A DNA stretch of 64,000 bases from Candidatus Omnitrophota bacterium (GCA_043718225.1 JAYSWD010000001.1:49092-113091), one strand, 5' to 3'. Shown: positions 1-9,690, counted from the stretch's first letter. Made by a program: numbers and translations. Notes: generated from the sequence alone by a model not told the origin.

Positions 1-1667
1 TGAGCTTTTGCTGGGAAAAGGAAAACGCCTGGTATGTGCCAGTTTCGGACGCAAGACATGCCGGCCCCGGAATTCCAGCCAATGTGGTTTTGGAAGCGAT
101 AAAACCCGTTTTGGAAGACGCGAAAATCGCCAAGTATGGACAAAATATTAAATATGACACGATTGTGATGAAGCGCGCGGGCGCGGAAGTCCGCGGGATT
201 ACTTTTGACACGATGATCGCGAGTTATTTAATTCAGCCGATCAAACGCAATCACAACCTTGATGACCTTGCGATGGAATATTTGTCGATGAAAAAAATTC
301 TCACAATGGCGCTTCTCGGCGAAGGCAAAAATCAAATCACGATGGATTTGGTGCCGCTCGCGCAAATCAAAGAATATGCCTGCGAAGATGCCGACGCGGT
401 TTGGCAGCTTGTGCCGGTTCTGAAACAGAAATTAAAAGAAAACAGTCTCGAAAAACTTTATGCCGATGTGGAGCTGCCACTCGCGGAAGTGCTGGCGCGC
501 TGCGAAATGAACGGCGTTAAAATCAATTCCGAATTTCTACGTGAACTGTCGATCCGCGCCAGCCGTGAAATCGAAGCGCTTGAAAAAAAAATATGGACGG
601 CTGCGGGCGGCGAATTCAATATCGGCTCGCCGAAACAGCTGGCCGAAATCCTTTTTGAAAAATTGAAATTACCGACGGTGCGTAAAACCAAAACCGGCTA
701 TTCGACGGATGCCGCCGTACTCGAAAAGCTGGCGGTTGAGCATCCGGTCGCGAGTGATGTTCTGGAATACCGCGAAAAAACGAAACTGCAGTCGACTTAT
801 CTCGATGCGCTGCCTGAAATCGTAAACCCCGAAACGGGTTTGATTCACACATCGTATAACCAGACGACCACCGATACCGGGCGTTTATCCAGCACGGAAC
901 CGAATCTGCAGAACATTCCGATAAAAACCGAAACCGGCCGACTGGTGCGCAAAGCTTTCATTTCCCGGTTTCCAAAAGGAAAAATTGTTTCGGCGGATTA
1001 TTCCCAGATTGAATTACGCGTGCTTGCGCATTATTCCGATGATCCAAATTTGAAAAAGGCTTTTGAGGAAGACCGCGACATTCACGCTTTTACGGCTACC
1101 GTGCTTTACGGTGTAAAAGAAAAAGATGTGACCCGCGAAATGCGCAATGCAGCGAAGACGATTAACTTTAGCGTGATTTACGGTAAGACGAGTTACGGCC
1201 TTTCCGGTAATCTGGGAATTTCAATAGCTGAGGCGGATTTGTTCATTAAAAATTATTTCAGTCGCTATCCGCGCGTGCATGATTTTATGGAAAGCCAGAA
1301 AGAAAAAGCAAAAGAACAGGGCTGGCTGACGACGATTCTCGGGCGGCGCTCTTATTTTCCTCAGATTCATGCGAAGAATATGATGCTGCGTAATTATGCC
1401 GAACGCGCCGCGATTAACGCGCCGCTGCAGGGTTCGGCCGCGGACCTGGTGAAAATCGCGATGATTCAGATTAATCAGGTGATGGAACAGGAAAAATATA
1501 AAAGCTTAATGATCATGCAGGTGCATGATGAACTTGTGTTTGACGTGCCTGCGGGCGAAGAAGACAAGCTGGCGAAAATGGTAAAAAAGGAAATGGAAGA
1601 AGCGTATGTCTTGCGAGTGCCTTTGAAAGCCGATGTCACGATCGGCGATTCCTGGTATAAGCAGTAA
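1..1667 (+). CDS. polA: DNA polymerase I, C-terminal part (3'-5' exo and polymerase domains); 5' end lies outside the window
   Basis: The ORF runs to the left edge. Pol A-family motifs are present (RNAAKTINFSVIYG, QVHDELVFDV) and the protein ends ..SWYKQ. Confidence 0.9.
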   Translation, partial: SFCWEKENAWYVPVSDARHAGPGIPANVVLEAIKPVLEDAKIAKYGQNIKYDTIVMKRAGAEVRGITFDTMIASYLIQPIKRNHNLDDLAMEYLSMKKILTMALLGEGKNQITMDLVPLAQIKEYACEDADAVWQLVPVLKQKLKENSLEKLYADVELPLAEVLARCEMNGVKINSEFLRELSIRASREIEALEKKIWTAAGGEFNIGSPKQLAEILFEKLKLPTVRKTKTGYSTDAAVLEKLAVEHPVASDVLEYREKTKLQSTYLDALPEIVNPETGLIHTSYNQTTTDTGRLSSTEPNLQNIPIKTETGRLVRKAFISRFPKGKIVSADYSQIELRVLAHYSDDPNLKKAFEEDRDIHAFTATVLYGVKEKDVTREMRNAAKTINFSVIYGKTSYGLSGNLGISIAEADLFIKNYFSRYPRVHDFMESQKEKAKEQGWLTTILGRRSYFPQIHAKNMMLRNYAERAAINAPLQGSAADLVKIAMIQINQVMEQEKYKSLMIMQVHDELVFDVPAGEEDKLAKMVKKEMEEAYVLRVPLKADVTIGDSWYKQ

Positions 1668-1695
1668 CATTTTGCGGCGCTCGAATAAAGAAGCA

Positions 1696-2292
1696 ATGAA
1701 AAAGCACAAAAGAAGGAAAAAATTAGTAGTCGGCATTACCGGCGGGTTCGGAACGGGGAAGAGCAAAGTCGCAGGACTTTTGCGCAAGCAGGGCTTTTTT
1801 GTTTTGGACGCGGACCGCGTAGCGCATGAAACTTTGCAGGCCACGAATCCTGTTTTTGAAAAAATCCGCGAAAAATTTTCCGACGCGTTTGTAAGCGGAT
1901 TTTTAGAGCGCCGCAAACTCGCGGAAATTGTTTTTAAAAACCCTTTGCGCTTGAAGCGCCTTGAGAAATTAATTCATCCTTATGTGCTGAAACGTCTGGT
2001 TAATGAAATCCGGAAATCAAAAAATAAAAGAATCGCCATCGAAGTTCCGCTGCTTTTTGAAGCTAAATTTCAAAAAATATTCGATTTCATCGTCACCGTT
2101 TTCGCGGGGACAAATGAAGCCGACGCCAGGCTTCAGGAACAGGGCTGGACGAAAACAGAAATCCGCCGCCGCCGCGCGGAGCAATGGCCGATTCACAAAA
2201 AAATGGCAAAGTCTGATTTTGTAATCAACAACTCGGGAACAAGAAAAGAAACAAGAAAACAAGTCCGCAAGCTTTTGAAAAAATTAACGTAA
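1696..2292 (+). CDS. coaE: dephospho-CoA kinase
   Basis: P-loop VVGITGGFGTGKS at the N-terminus and a size of ~199 aa. I chose the ATG at 1696, just after the polA stop, rather than the upstream in-frame Met that overlaps polA. Confidence 0.85.
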   Translation: MKKHKRRKKLVVGITGGFGTGKSKVAGLLRKQGFFVLDADRVAHETLQATNPVFEKIREKFSDAFVSGFLERRKLAEIVFKNPLRLKRLEKLIHPYVLKRLVNEIRKSKNKRIAIEVPLLFEAKFQKIFDFIVTVFAGTNEADARLQEQGWTKTEIRRRRAEQWPIHKKMAKSDFVINNSGTRKETRKQVRKLLKKLT

Positions 2293-2461
2293 AAAAATAA
2301 ATTTAAATCAATAAACTGATCAAAAAGTTTTAGACGCAAGGCTTGAGCGAGCGACCGCGGAGCCGTAGTAAAACCTACGGCGCACAAGGAAGCGAAGCTC
2401 GTAACGCAGCGGATAAGCTTTTTCATCGGTTTAAACAAAGAACAAAAAGGATCTAACTCAC

Positions 2462-3967
2462 ATGTCCACAAGAGAACGCCCCCCCCGCAACGATAATGGC
2501 GGTTCCCACCGCCGCCCATCTCATTCTGACCGCGACCGTCGTCCTTACGCCGGCGGAGGAGGCCAGGGCCAAGGAGGTTCTTCTTACAGTCAGGGAGGTT
2601 CCAACGGCGGTGACCGCCGTCCGCCCATGGCTCCGCGGCGCCCAAATTTCGACCGCGCAGAAGAAGGCGAAGATATGCAGCAAGTCGCTTTGAAACCCGG
2701 CGAAAAACCGCTTGATGTCGCAAGCTTGCGTAATCTTAAAGTTTTAGATTTGCAGGAACTCGCCGGAAAATTTAACATCGAAGGCATTACAGGGCTTAAA
2801 AAACAAGACCTCATGTTCAAGATTCTCGAAGCGCAAGCCAAACAATCAGGCATGATGTTCGGCGCAGGCGTGCTCGAAATTCTTGAAGACGGTTTCGGGT
2901 TTTTGCGTTCACCGGATTACAATTATCTTCCGTCACCGGATGATATTTATGTGTCTCCAAGCCAAATCCGCCGTTTTAGTTTGCGAACCGGTGATACCGT
3001 GAGCGGATTGATCCGTCCGCCGAAGGAAGGCGAAAGATATTTCGCTTTGCTCAAAGTCGAACTTGTGAACACGGAAGACCCCGAAAGTGTCCGTCACAAG
3101 ATTCCTTTCGACAATTTGACGCCGCTTTATCCGAACCGGCGCATTCAGCTTGAAACAAGCGCGGAAGATGTTTCGATGCGCGTCATGAATCTATTGACAC
3201 CGGCAGGTTTTGGCCAGCGCGGATTGATTGTGGCGCCGCCTTACAGCGGTAAAACAGTTTTGATGCAAAAAATAGCAAATAGCATTACAACGAACCATCC
3301 AGACGCATATTTAATCGTGCTTCTGATCGATGAACGCCCGGAAGAAGTTACTGACATGCAACGGTCTGTTAAGGGGGAAGTTGTGGCCTCAACCTTTGAC
3401 GAACCGGCTGAGCGCCATGTGCAGGTGGCCGAGATTGTATTGGAGAAAGCCAAGCGGCTGGTTGAGCATGGCAAAGACGTAATCATCCTTTTGGATAGCA
3501 TTACTCGTCTGGCCCGCGCTTATAACACCGTTGCACCTCACTCTGGCAAAATTTTGTCGGGTGGTGTAGACTCCAACGCTTTGCACAAGCCCAAACGCTT
3601 CTTCGGGGCCGCGCGCAACGTGGAAGAAGGCGGCAGTTTGACGATTATCGCGACTGCGCTTGTGGATACGGGATCGCGCATGGACGAAGTGATTTTTGAA
3701 GAGTTTAAGGGTACGGGCAATATGGAATTGCAGCTGGATCGCAATTTGTTCCAGCGCCGCATTTATCCGGCGATCGACGTGAAGAAGTCGAATACGCGCC
3801 GCGAAGAAGTCGTGGTGCCCGCGGACGAACTCAAACTGATGTGGATTTTGCGCAAGGTTTTGAACGAGTTGAATCCGACCGAAGCGATGGAGCTTTTGGT
3901 GGACCGCTTGAAGAAAACCAAATCCAACGCCGACTTTTTGGCGAGCATGAGCAAAGCGGATAAGTGA
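2462..3967 (+). CDS. rho: transcription termination factor Rho with an N-terminal Gly/Arg/Ser-rich low-complexity extension
   Basis: Rho N-terminal domain, RNA-binding domain and RecA-like ATPase ([24 protein letters not shown]). About 70 aa of RGG/GGS-rich sequence precede the conserved core. Confidence 0.9.
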   Translation: MSTRERPPRNDNGGSHRRPSHSDRDRRPYAGGGGQGQGGSSYSQGGSNGGDRRPPMAPRRPNFDRAEEGEDMQQVALKPGEKPLDVASLRNLKVLDLQELAGKFNIEGITGLKKQDLMFKILEAQAKQSGMMFGAGVLEILEDGFGFLRSPDYNYLPSPDDIYVSPSQIRRFSLRTGDTVSGLIRPPKEGERYFALLKVELVNTEDPESVRHKIPFDNLTPLYPNRRIQLETSAEDVSMRVMNLLTPAGFGQRGLIVAPPYSGKTVLMQKIANSITTNHPDAYLIVLLIDERPEEVTDMQRSVKGEVVASTFDEPAERHVQVAEIVLEKAKRLVEHGKDVIILLDSITRLARAYNTVAPHSGKILSGGVDSNALHKPKRFFGAARNVEEGGSLTIIATALVDTGSRMDEVIFEEFKGTGNMELQLDRNLFQRRIYPAIDVKKSNTRREEVVVPADELKLMWILRKVLNELNPTEAMELLVDRLKKTKSNADFLASMSKADK

Positions 3968-4144
3968 CATGACGGCTTCATTTGCGGAGCGAAGCGAGCG
4001 CAAATGAAATTGCCGGAATGTCATCCCAGAAACGCGTAGCGTTATCTGGGATCCAGACAAATGAAAAATTGGATTCCCGCCGGAGTTTACCCTCGAGCGA
4101 CATCGGGGGCGGGAATGACAGAAAGATTTTACAGTATCATTTTT

Positions 4145-4168
4145 GCTCTGCGCCTTTGGCGCAACCGC
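4145..4168 (+). repeat. Family A short hairpin repeat (CTCTG-RGC-loop-GCY-CAACCGC)
   Basis: gctctgcgcctttggcgcaaccgc. Confidence 0.8.
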
Positions 4169-4245
4169 CGAAAGCAAAAAAGATTTTTTTGAAAACCGCA
4201 TGTTGAGTTTATCGAGACATGCAAAATGTGAACGAGGAAAAGAAA

Positions 4246-4614
4246 ATGAAAAAAGAAATTCACCCCGAATACCGCAAGGTCGTCTTTCGTGACGCCTCAA
4301 GCGATTTTATTCTGTTAACAAGCTCGACGGTTAAAACCACCGAAACGCATGTTTTGGACGGCGTCACTTATCCGTCATATTTGGTCGACATCACAAGCGC
4401 GTCGCACCCGTTTTTCACGGGCAAGCAGCGTATTATGGATACGGCCGGACGCATTGACCGCTTCAAGAAGAAGTTTCAGGACAAGGTCACCGTTGGCGCG
4501 AAAAGCTCTGTGGATGTGAAGGCCCAGAATGCCGCGAAGAAATCCAGCGTCGGATCGACGATCAGCGAAAAACTGAAGGCGCTTAAAGAAAAAGCCGCTG
4601 CTCAGAATTCTTAG
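4246..4614 (+). CDS. rpmE: 50S ribosomal protein L31, type B (no Cys zinc ribbon), with a Lys/Ala-rich C-terminal extension
   Basis: MKKEIHPEY...HPFFTGKQR signature with no CxxC pairs. GAGGAAAAG lies upstream of the ATG at 4246; the start could be 4219. Confidence 0.8.
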   Translation: MKKEIHPEYRKVVFRDASSDFILLTSSTVKTTETHVLDGVTYPSYLVDITSASHPFFTGKQRIMDTAGRIDRFKKKFQDKVTVGAKSSVDVKAQNAAKKSSVGSTISEKLKALKEKAAAQNS

Positions 4615-4623
4615 ACTGTTTCC

Positions 4624-4661
4624 AAAAAATCCCCGTTACTTTCGAGTAGCGGGGATTTTTC
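4624..4661 (+). terminator. Rho-independent terminator after rpmE
   Basis: aaaaaatccccgttactttcgagtagcggggattttt. Confidence 0.6.
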
Positions 4662-4668
4662 TATTTAG

Positions 4669-4692
4669 GCTCTGGGCGCTTCGCCCAACTGC
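4669..4692 (+). repeat. Family A repeat
   Basis: gctctgggcgcttcgcccaactgc. Confidence 0.8.
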
Positions 4693-4725
4693 TAACAATA
4701 ATTACATGCCGAGCTTTATCGAGGC

Positions 4726-5817
4726 GTGAAAGACATAACTGTGAAAATACGGGAAAGATTAGAAAAGCTGGTTTTAAGAAAAGGCGAGGTCGAGGCACAA
4801 TTGTCCGATCCCGTGACACTGCAGAATTCCACGCTGGTTCAAAAATTGACACGCGAACTTTCCTCAATCCGTCCGATCATTAAAAAATTCGCGGAATATA
4901 AAATGAGCGAAGCCCATCGCCACGCGCTTGACTCCGCATCCGATTCCGATCCCGAAATGGAAAAAATGATCCGCGAAGAAAAAGAAGCTCTCGACCAAAA
5001 ACTTGGAAGCCTTCAACTTGAGATGGAAGATTTATTTTTAAAGGGCAGTGAGCCCGACGCTTCGCGCGACGTGATCATGGAAATCCGCGCCGGAACAGGC
5101 GGAGAAGAAGCGGCGCTATTTGTTGGCGTGCTTGTGCGCATGTACGAATATTTCGCGGGCAAACACGGCCTTAAAACGGCGATGATGGAATCAAGCGAAA
5201 CCGAATTGGGCGGTTACAAAGAAGCTGTTTTTTCAATCGCCGGTGAAAACGCTTACAGCTACTTTCGATTTGAACGCGGCATTCATCGCGTTCAGCGGGT
5301 TCCCAAAACCGAATCCAGCGGACGCGTGCATACTTCCGCGGTTACCGTTGCGGTGCTTGCCGAAGTTTCCGAAGAAGAAGTCGAAATACTGCCGAAAGAT
5401 CTCAAAATTGACGTTTACCGTGCCGGCGGCAAAGGCGGACAGCATGTCAATAAAACCGAATCGGCTGTCCGTATTACGCATCTTCCGAGCGGTTTTGTCG
5501 TGACGTGTCAGGATGAAAGGTCCCAAATGAAGAATAAAGCCAGCGCAATGCGTGTATTGAGGGCGCGGCTTTTTGAATTCCAGCGCGCCAAGGAGCATGA
5601 CGCCCAGGCCAAGATTCGCAAAGAGCAGGTTGGAACCGGCGATAGATCGGGCAAAATACGCACCTATAACTATCCGGATCAACGGGTTACGGATCATCGA
5701 ATCGGTTTGACATTGCATAGTCTCGATGATATTCTCGACGGCTCTTTGGACCCTATTGTGGACGCCCTATGGCGCGCTGAAAGGGAAAAAAAGCTGACTC
5801 AGGCTAGCGATAGCTGA
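4726..5817 (+). CDS. prfA: peptide chain release factor 1
   Basis: GGQ motif (AGGKGGQHVNKTESAVRITHLPSG) and RF-1 domain architecture. The stop overlaps the start of prmC. Confidence 0.9.
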   Translation: MKDITVKIRERLEKLVLRKGEVEAQLSDPVTLQNSTLVQKLTRELSSIRPIIKKFAEYKMSEAHRHALDSASDSDPEMEKMIREEKEALDQKLGSLQLEMEDLFLKGSEPDASRDVIMEIRAGTGGEEAALFVGVLVRMYEYFAGKHGLKTAMMESSETELGGYKEAVFSIAGENAYSYFRFERGIHRVQRVPKTESSGRVHTSAVTVAVLAEVSEEEVEILPKDLKIDVYRAGGKGGQHVNKTESAVRITHLPSGFVVTCQDERSQMKNKASAMRVLRARLFEFQRAKEHDAQAKIRKEQVGTGDRSGKIRTYNYPDQRVTDHRIGLTLHSLDDILDGSLDPIVDALWRAEREKKLTQASDS

Positions 5818-6731
5818 TGCTGATCGGCGAAGCTTTATCTCTAGGAGAAAACCGGCTGAAACTTGCTGGCGTCCTTGAGGCTAGGACTGAATGCGAGCAT
5901 ATGTTGATGGAGCTGATGAACGCGAATCGTTCAGAAGTGCTGTTTTATATTAGCTCTGAGCAAAGCTCAACCGCGCCGTTTCATTTTGCCTCTGAGCCTT
6001 CGGCTCAAACGGCGAAGAGCAATTTGACGGCGCAGCAAGAGAAACAGTTTTTTGATTGGATTGCGAGCAGGGGAAAAAGAATTCCTTTGGCGTATTTGCT
6101 GGGCGATACGTTTTTTCATTCTTTGAAATTAAAAGTGGGACCGGGATGTTTGATTCCGCGGCCTGAAACAGAACGGTTGGTGGAAGCGGCGCTTAAGATT
6201 ATCCGCGAAGATAAATTGAATGCCCCGGTAATCATGGATATTGGAACGGGATCGGGCGCGATTGCGCTTGCGATTTTAGCCGCCGTGCCTGAGGCTAAAG
6301 CGGTGATGGTTGACTTTTCTGCGGAAGCTTTGAAGATTGCCCGTGAGAATACTGCGGAACTTGGATTTTTAGGCCGCGCTGAGTTAATTCACTCAGATTT
6401 ATATTTAAATATACCGTCTGATTTGAAAGTTAATTTGATTTTGTCGAATCCGCCCTATTTAACGGCCGAAGATTTGGCCGGCCTGCAGCCGGAAGTGGTT
6501 TTTGAGCCGCGAATGGCATTAGACGGCGGGAAAGACGGCTTGGATTTTTACCGGAAAATGATTCCGGATGCCGCAAAGTTTTTAAAGCCGCAAGGCTGGT
6601 TGGGATTTGAAGTCGGCGCCGGACAGGCCCAGGCAGTTAGCGCAGAGTTAAAGAGAAACGGTTATGAAGATCTGAGAATTATTAAAGATCATCAAGATAT
6701 AGAGCGCATAGTTTTAGCCCGAAAAGGTTGA
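5817..6731 (+). CDS. prmC: release factor glutamine N5-methyltransferase PrmC/HemK, carrying an in-frame ~20 aa insertion made of two Family A repeat copies
   Basis: NPPY motif (LSNPPYL), the SAM-binding MDIGTGSGAIA, and PLAYLLG..LIPRPETE. It aligns collinearly with E. coli PrmC except for the insertion SSTAPFHFASEPSAQTAKSN. Confidence 0.85.
   Translation: MLIGEALSLGENRLKLAGVLEARTECEHMLMELMNANRSEVLFYISSEQSSTAPFHFASEPSAQTAKSNLTAQQEKQFFDWIASRGKRIPLAYLLGDTFFHSLKLKVGPGCLIPRPETERLVEAALKIIREDKLNAPVIMDIGTGSGAIALAILAAVPEAKAVMVDFSAEALKIARENTAELGFLGRAELIHSDLYLNIPSDLKVNLILSNPPYLTAEDLAGLQPEVVFEPRMALDGGKDGLDFYRKMIPDAAKFLKPQGWLGFEVGAGQAQAVSAELKRNGYEDLRIIKDHQDIERIVLARKG
5943..5964 (+). repeat. Family A repeat, in-frame inside prmC
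   Basis: gctctgagcaaagctcaaccgc. Confidence 0.8.
5979..6004 (+). repeat. Family A repeat, in-frame inside prmC
   Basis: cctctgagccttcggctcaaacggcg. Confidence 0.75.
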
Positions 6732-6777
6732 AATGCATCGCCGGTCGGGCGTAAGCCCGGAGGCTTAAAAGATACCG

Positions 6778-8043
6778 ATGGACAAAATAATTGTAAAAGG
6801 CGGAGCCAAGTTAAAAGGCGAAGTCGAAATTTCAGGAGCAAAAAACTCCGCGCTGCCCTTGATGGCGGCGGCACTGCTTTCGCCGGATGAATCGATTTTT
6901 GAAAATGTGCCGAATCTGAGCGACATCATGACGATGTGCAAACTTTTGCGTTCGCTCGGCGCGCGTGTTACGTACGAAGACGGAACGCTTGCGATTAAGC
7001 CTGGCAAAAATTTAAAAGCATTCGCGCCTTATAAGTTAGTCAGCACGATGCGTGCTTCTGTTTGTGTTATGGGGCCATTGCTTGCACGGCTGGGTGAAAC
7101 AGAAGTTTCTTTGCCGGGCGGCTGTGTTATCGGGCCGCGTCCGATCGATTTACATTTAAAGGGCTTGGAAGCATTGGGCGCGAAGATTGAAATTCGCCAC
7201 GGTTATGTGCGTGCGAAAGCGGGACCGAAAATGCGCGGCGCGGAAATTTATCTCGGCGGGTCTTACGGCTCGTCTGTTTTGGCGACAGGCAATGTCATGA
7301 TGGCGGCGACATTGACGCCCGGTAAAACGATTATCGAAAGCGCCGCCTGCGAGCCTGAAGTTGTGGATCTCGCGAATTTTTTGAAAGCGATGGGCGCTAA
7401 AATTTCAGGTGAAGGTTCGCCGCGCATTGAAATCGAAGGCGTCAAAAAGTTGCACGGAGCCAATTATCGCGTCATACCGGATCGCATCGAAGCCGGAACT
7501 TTTATGTTTGCAGCGGCGATTACGGGCGGCGATTTGATGATTAAAAAAATGGAGCCGAGCCATCAGAACGCGGTGATTGATAAATTGCTGCAAACCGGTG
7601 TTAAAGTTGTGAAGTATAAAAACGCCGTGCGTGTTTCGCGCCGCGGAAAACTGAAAGCCGTCGATATGACGACATTGCCGTATCCGGCGTTTCCGACGGA
7701 TTTGCAGGCGCAAATGATGGCCTTGATGACAATTGCGCCGGGCATCAGCGTGATTACGGAAAAAATTTATCCGGATCGTTTCATGCATGTCAGCGAGCTC
7801 GGACGTATGGGCGCGAAGATCATTATGGAAGGCTCGACATCAGTTATTCATGGTGTAAAGAAATTGAGCGGCGCGCCGGTGATGGCATCTGATTTGCGCG
7901 CGAGCGCGGCGCTGGTTTTGGCGGGTTTGGTCGCGGACGGTGAAACGGAAATAAGCCGTGTTTATCATTTGGATCGCGGATATGACCGGTTGGAGCAGAA
8001 GCTTTTAAAAGTCGGCGCGTCTATAAGAAGAGTAAAAGAGTAA
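6778..8043 (+). CDS. murA: UDP-N-acetylglucosamine 1-carboxyvinyltransferase
   Basis: N-terminus MDKIIVKGGAKLKGEVEISGAKNSALP, EPSP-synthase-like fold, 421 aa. Confidence 0.9.
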   Translation: MDKIIVKGGAKLKGEVEISGAKNSALPLMAAALLSPDESIFENVPNLSDIMTMCKLLRSLGARVTYEDGTLAIKPGKNLKAFAPYKLVSTMRASVCVMGPLLARLGETEVSLPGGCVIGPRPIDLHLKGLEALGAKIEIRHGYVRAKAGPKMRGAEIYLGGSYGSSVLATGNVMMAATLTPGKTIIESAACEPEVVDLANFLKAMGAKISGEGSPRIEIEGVKKLHGANYRVIPDRIEAGTFMFAAAITGGDLMIKKMEPSHQNAVIDKLLQTGVKVVKYKNAVRVSRRGKLKAVDMTTLPYPAFPTDLQAQMMALMTIAPGISVITEKIYPDRFMHVSELGRMGAKIIMEGSTSVIHGVKKLSGAPVMASDLRASAALVLAGLVADGETEISRVYHLDRGYDRLEQKLLKVGASIRRVKE

Positions 8044-8067
8044 ACGCGAAGCGTTTTCTTTTACTCG

Positions 8068-8091
8068 GCTCTGCGCTTTTGGCGTAACCGC
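8068..8091 (+). repeat. Family A repeat
   Basis: gctctgcgcttttggcgtaaccgc. Confidence 0.75.
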
Positions 8092-8150
8092 GCAAAACTA
8101 GCAAATTGTAGATTAGTAGTTAGTAAGTAGTAATAAAGGGAGAAAAGAAA

Positions 8151-8408
8151 ATGGCAGTAAGAATTCGTATGAAGCGTTTTGGCGCGAAGAACCGTCCGCA
8201 ATGGCGCATTGTTGTCGCGGACGCAAAGTCACCGCGTGACGGCCGTTTCATCGAGGAAATCGGTTTTTATGACGCTCTTCCGAAAGAGGAAAAGTTTGTC
8301 TTGAAACAGGATCGTCTCGATCATTGGACCAAGGCCGGTGCTCAAGTTAGCATTTCGGTGAAAAGTCTGATTAAGAAGCAGCAGCGCAAGACCAAAGCGA
8401 AGGCGTAA
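8151..8408 (+). CDS. rpsP: 30S ribosomal protein S16
   Basis: MAVRIRMKRFGAKNRPQWRIVVAD signature. An RBS GGGAG lies upstream. Confidence 0.9.
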   Translation: MAVRIRMKRFGAKNRPQWRIVVADAKSPRDGRFIEEIGFYDALPKEEKFVLKQDRLDHWTKAGAQVSISVKSLIKKQQRKTKAKA

Positions 8409-8420
8409 CAGTTTTCTTTC

Positions 8421-8442
8421 GCTCTGGGCTTTGCCCAACCGC
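8421..8442 (+). repeat. Family A repeat
   Basis: gctctgggctttgcccaaccgc. Confidence 0.8.
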
Positions 8443-8475
8443 GACGCGGTTGTGGTGTATCCGCAGAGCAGCAAT

Positions 8476-9237
8476 ATGTTAGAAATTGATATCGTCACGT
8501 TGTTTCCGGATTTTTTCGAATCTCCGTTGAAACAGTCGCTTTTGAAGCGCGCGCAGGCCGACGGATTGATTAAAATCCGCGTGCATAATCTGCGCGATTG
8601 GGCGCGCGATAAGCATCACAAAACGGATGATTCGCCTTTTGGCGGCGGCCCCGGAATGGTGTTTAAGATCGAGCCAATGCATGAGTGCTTGAAAGAAATC
8701 GGTGCGGGAGCATGGAAAATTTTGCTCGATGCGCATGGCGAATTGCTGAAGCCAAAGTTGGCTGAAAGCCTCGCGCAGAAAAAGAAAATTGTTTTGATCG
8801 CGGGCCATTACGAAGGTATGGACTACCGCATTAAAGAACACCTGGTCGACCAAATGGTTTCGGTCGGTGACTTTATTACGATGGGCGGCGAAGCCCCGGC
8901 CTTGTGTTTGATTGAAGCGCTGACAAGGTTTGTTCCGGACGTGCTCGGAAACGAAGAATCGACGGCAGAAGAGAGTTTTAGCGGCGGGATGCTTGAATAT
9001 CCGCAGTATACGCGGCCGCGCGAATATAACGGTTGGGAAGTTCCCGAAGTTTTGTTTTCGGGAAATCATGCGAAGATAAAAAAGTGGCGTAATGAGACGG
9101 CGGAGAAATTGACGCGGAAGCACAGACCAGACTTACTACATTCTGCTTCTGCGCTGCCGGCGCAACCAGCGGATGAAGAGGGCAACAAAACCGTGAAGGT
9201 TAAGCTGAAAAGAGAAAGAGCTTCGAAAAAGAAATAA
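8476..9237 (+). CDS. trmD: tRNA (guanine37-N1)-methyltransferase
   Basis: SPOUT TrmD motifs (IVTLFPDFF, SPFGGGPGMV, LIAGHYEGMDYR). I chose the ATG at 8476 (MLEIDIV); the upstream in-frame stretch is Family A repeat sequence. The C-terminal tail contains a Family A copy in-frame. Confidence 0.85.
   Translation: MLEIDIVTLFPDFFESPLKQSLLKRAQADGLIKIRVHNLRDWARDKHHKTDDSPFGGGPGMVFKIEPMHECLKEIGAGAWKILLDAHGELLKPKLAESLAQKKKIVLIAGHYEGMDYRIKEHLVDQMVSVGDFITMGGEAPALCLIEALTRFVPDVLGNEESTAEESFSGGMLEYPQYTRPREYNGWEVPEVLFSGNHAKIKKWRNETAEKLTRKHRPDLLHSASALPAQPADEEGNKTVKVKLKRERASKKK
9147..9170 (+). repeat. Family A variant, in-frame in the trmD 3' end
   Basis: cttctgcgctgccggcgcaaccagc. Confidence 0.6.
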
Positions 9238-9250
9238 TAGTATTGTTTGG

Positions 9251-9275
9251 CCTTTGAGACGCTGTCTCAACCGGC
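9251..9275 (+). repeat. Family A-like variant
   Basis: ctttgagacgctgtctcaaccggca. Confidence 0.45.
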
Positions 9276-9313
9276 ATGCAGAGCAAAAATTTAAAGAAAT
9301 AATAATAGGAAAA

Positions 9314-9336
9314 TGCGGTTGGGCGAAAGCCCAGAG
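9314..9336 (-). repeat. Family A repeat, reverse orientation
   Basis: gcggttgggcgaaagcccagagc. Confidence 0.8.
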
Positions 9337-9354
9337 CAAAAAGGAGACAGGAAA

Positions 9355-9669
9355 ATGAATGTAATTCAAAAAATCGACGCAAAAACAAAAGCAAGCCGTC
9401 AAATCCCCGAGTTTCGCGTGGGCGACACTTTAAAAGTTCACTTGAAAGTGAAAGAGGGCAGCAAGACTCGCACGCAGATTTTCGAAGGCGTTTGTCTTCG
9501 CCGCCGCGGATCCGGTGCCGGAGCCAGCTTCGGTGTCATCAAGGATTCCCACGGCGACAAAGTGGAAAAGACTTTCCCGCTTTATACGCCCTCGATTGAA
9601 AAAATCGAAGTGACACGCACGGGTTCAGCCCGCCGCGCCAAGCTTTATTATTTGCGCGACCTGAAATAA
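9355..9669 (+). CDS. rplS: 50S ribosomal protein L19
   Basis: MNVIQKID...RVGDTLKVH signature with an RBS AAGGAGA upstream. The longer ORF start at 9313 would read through a reverse-oriented Family A repeat. Confidence 0.9.
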   Translation: MNVIQKIDAKTKASRQIPEFRVGDTLKVHLKVKEGSKTRTQIFEGVCLRRRGSGAGASFGVIKDSHGDKVEKTFPLYTPSIEKIEVTRTGSARRAKLYYLRDLK

Positions 9670-9690
9670 GAGCCAAGAGACTTCCTTTTT

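Noticed and set aside
4000-4245. Zur box or zinc-responsive operator upstream of rpmE
   Set aside because: The palindromes present (tcatttgcg..cgcaaatga, tcccaga..tctggga, attcccgcc..ggcgggaat) do not resemble known Zur consensus sequences. They look like stacked terminator or REP-like hairpins.
3389-4300. 303 aa minus-strand ORF antisense to rho
   Set aside because: It lies entirely within the well-supported rho gene on the opposite strand. It has an Arg/His-rich low-complexity translation typical of antisense frames in GC-rich coding DNA.
5817-6060. Alternative prmC start downstream of the repeats (an internal Met)
   Set aside because: The N-terminal region upstream of the repeats aligns with the conserved PrmC N-terminal helical domain, so the repeats are internal rather than 5' UTR.
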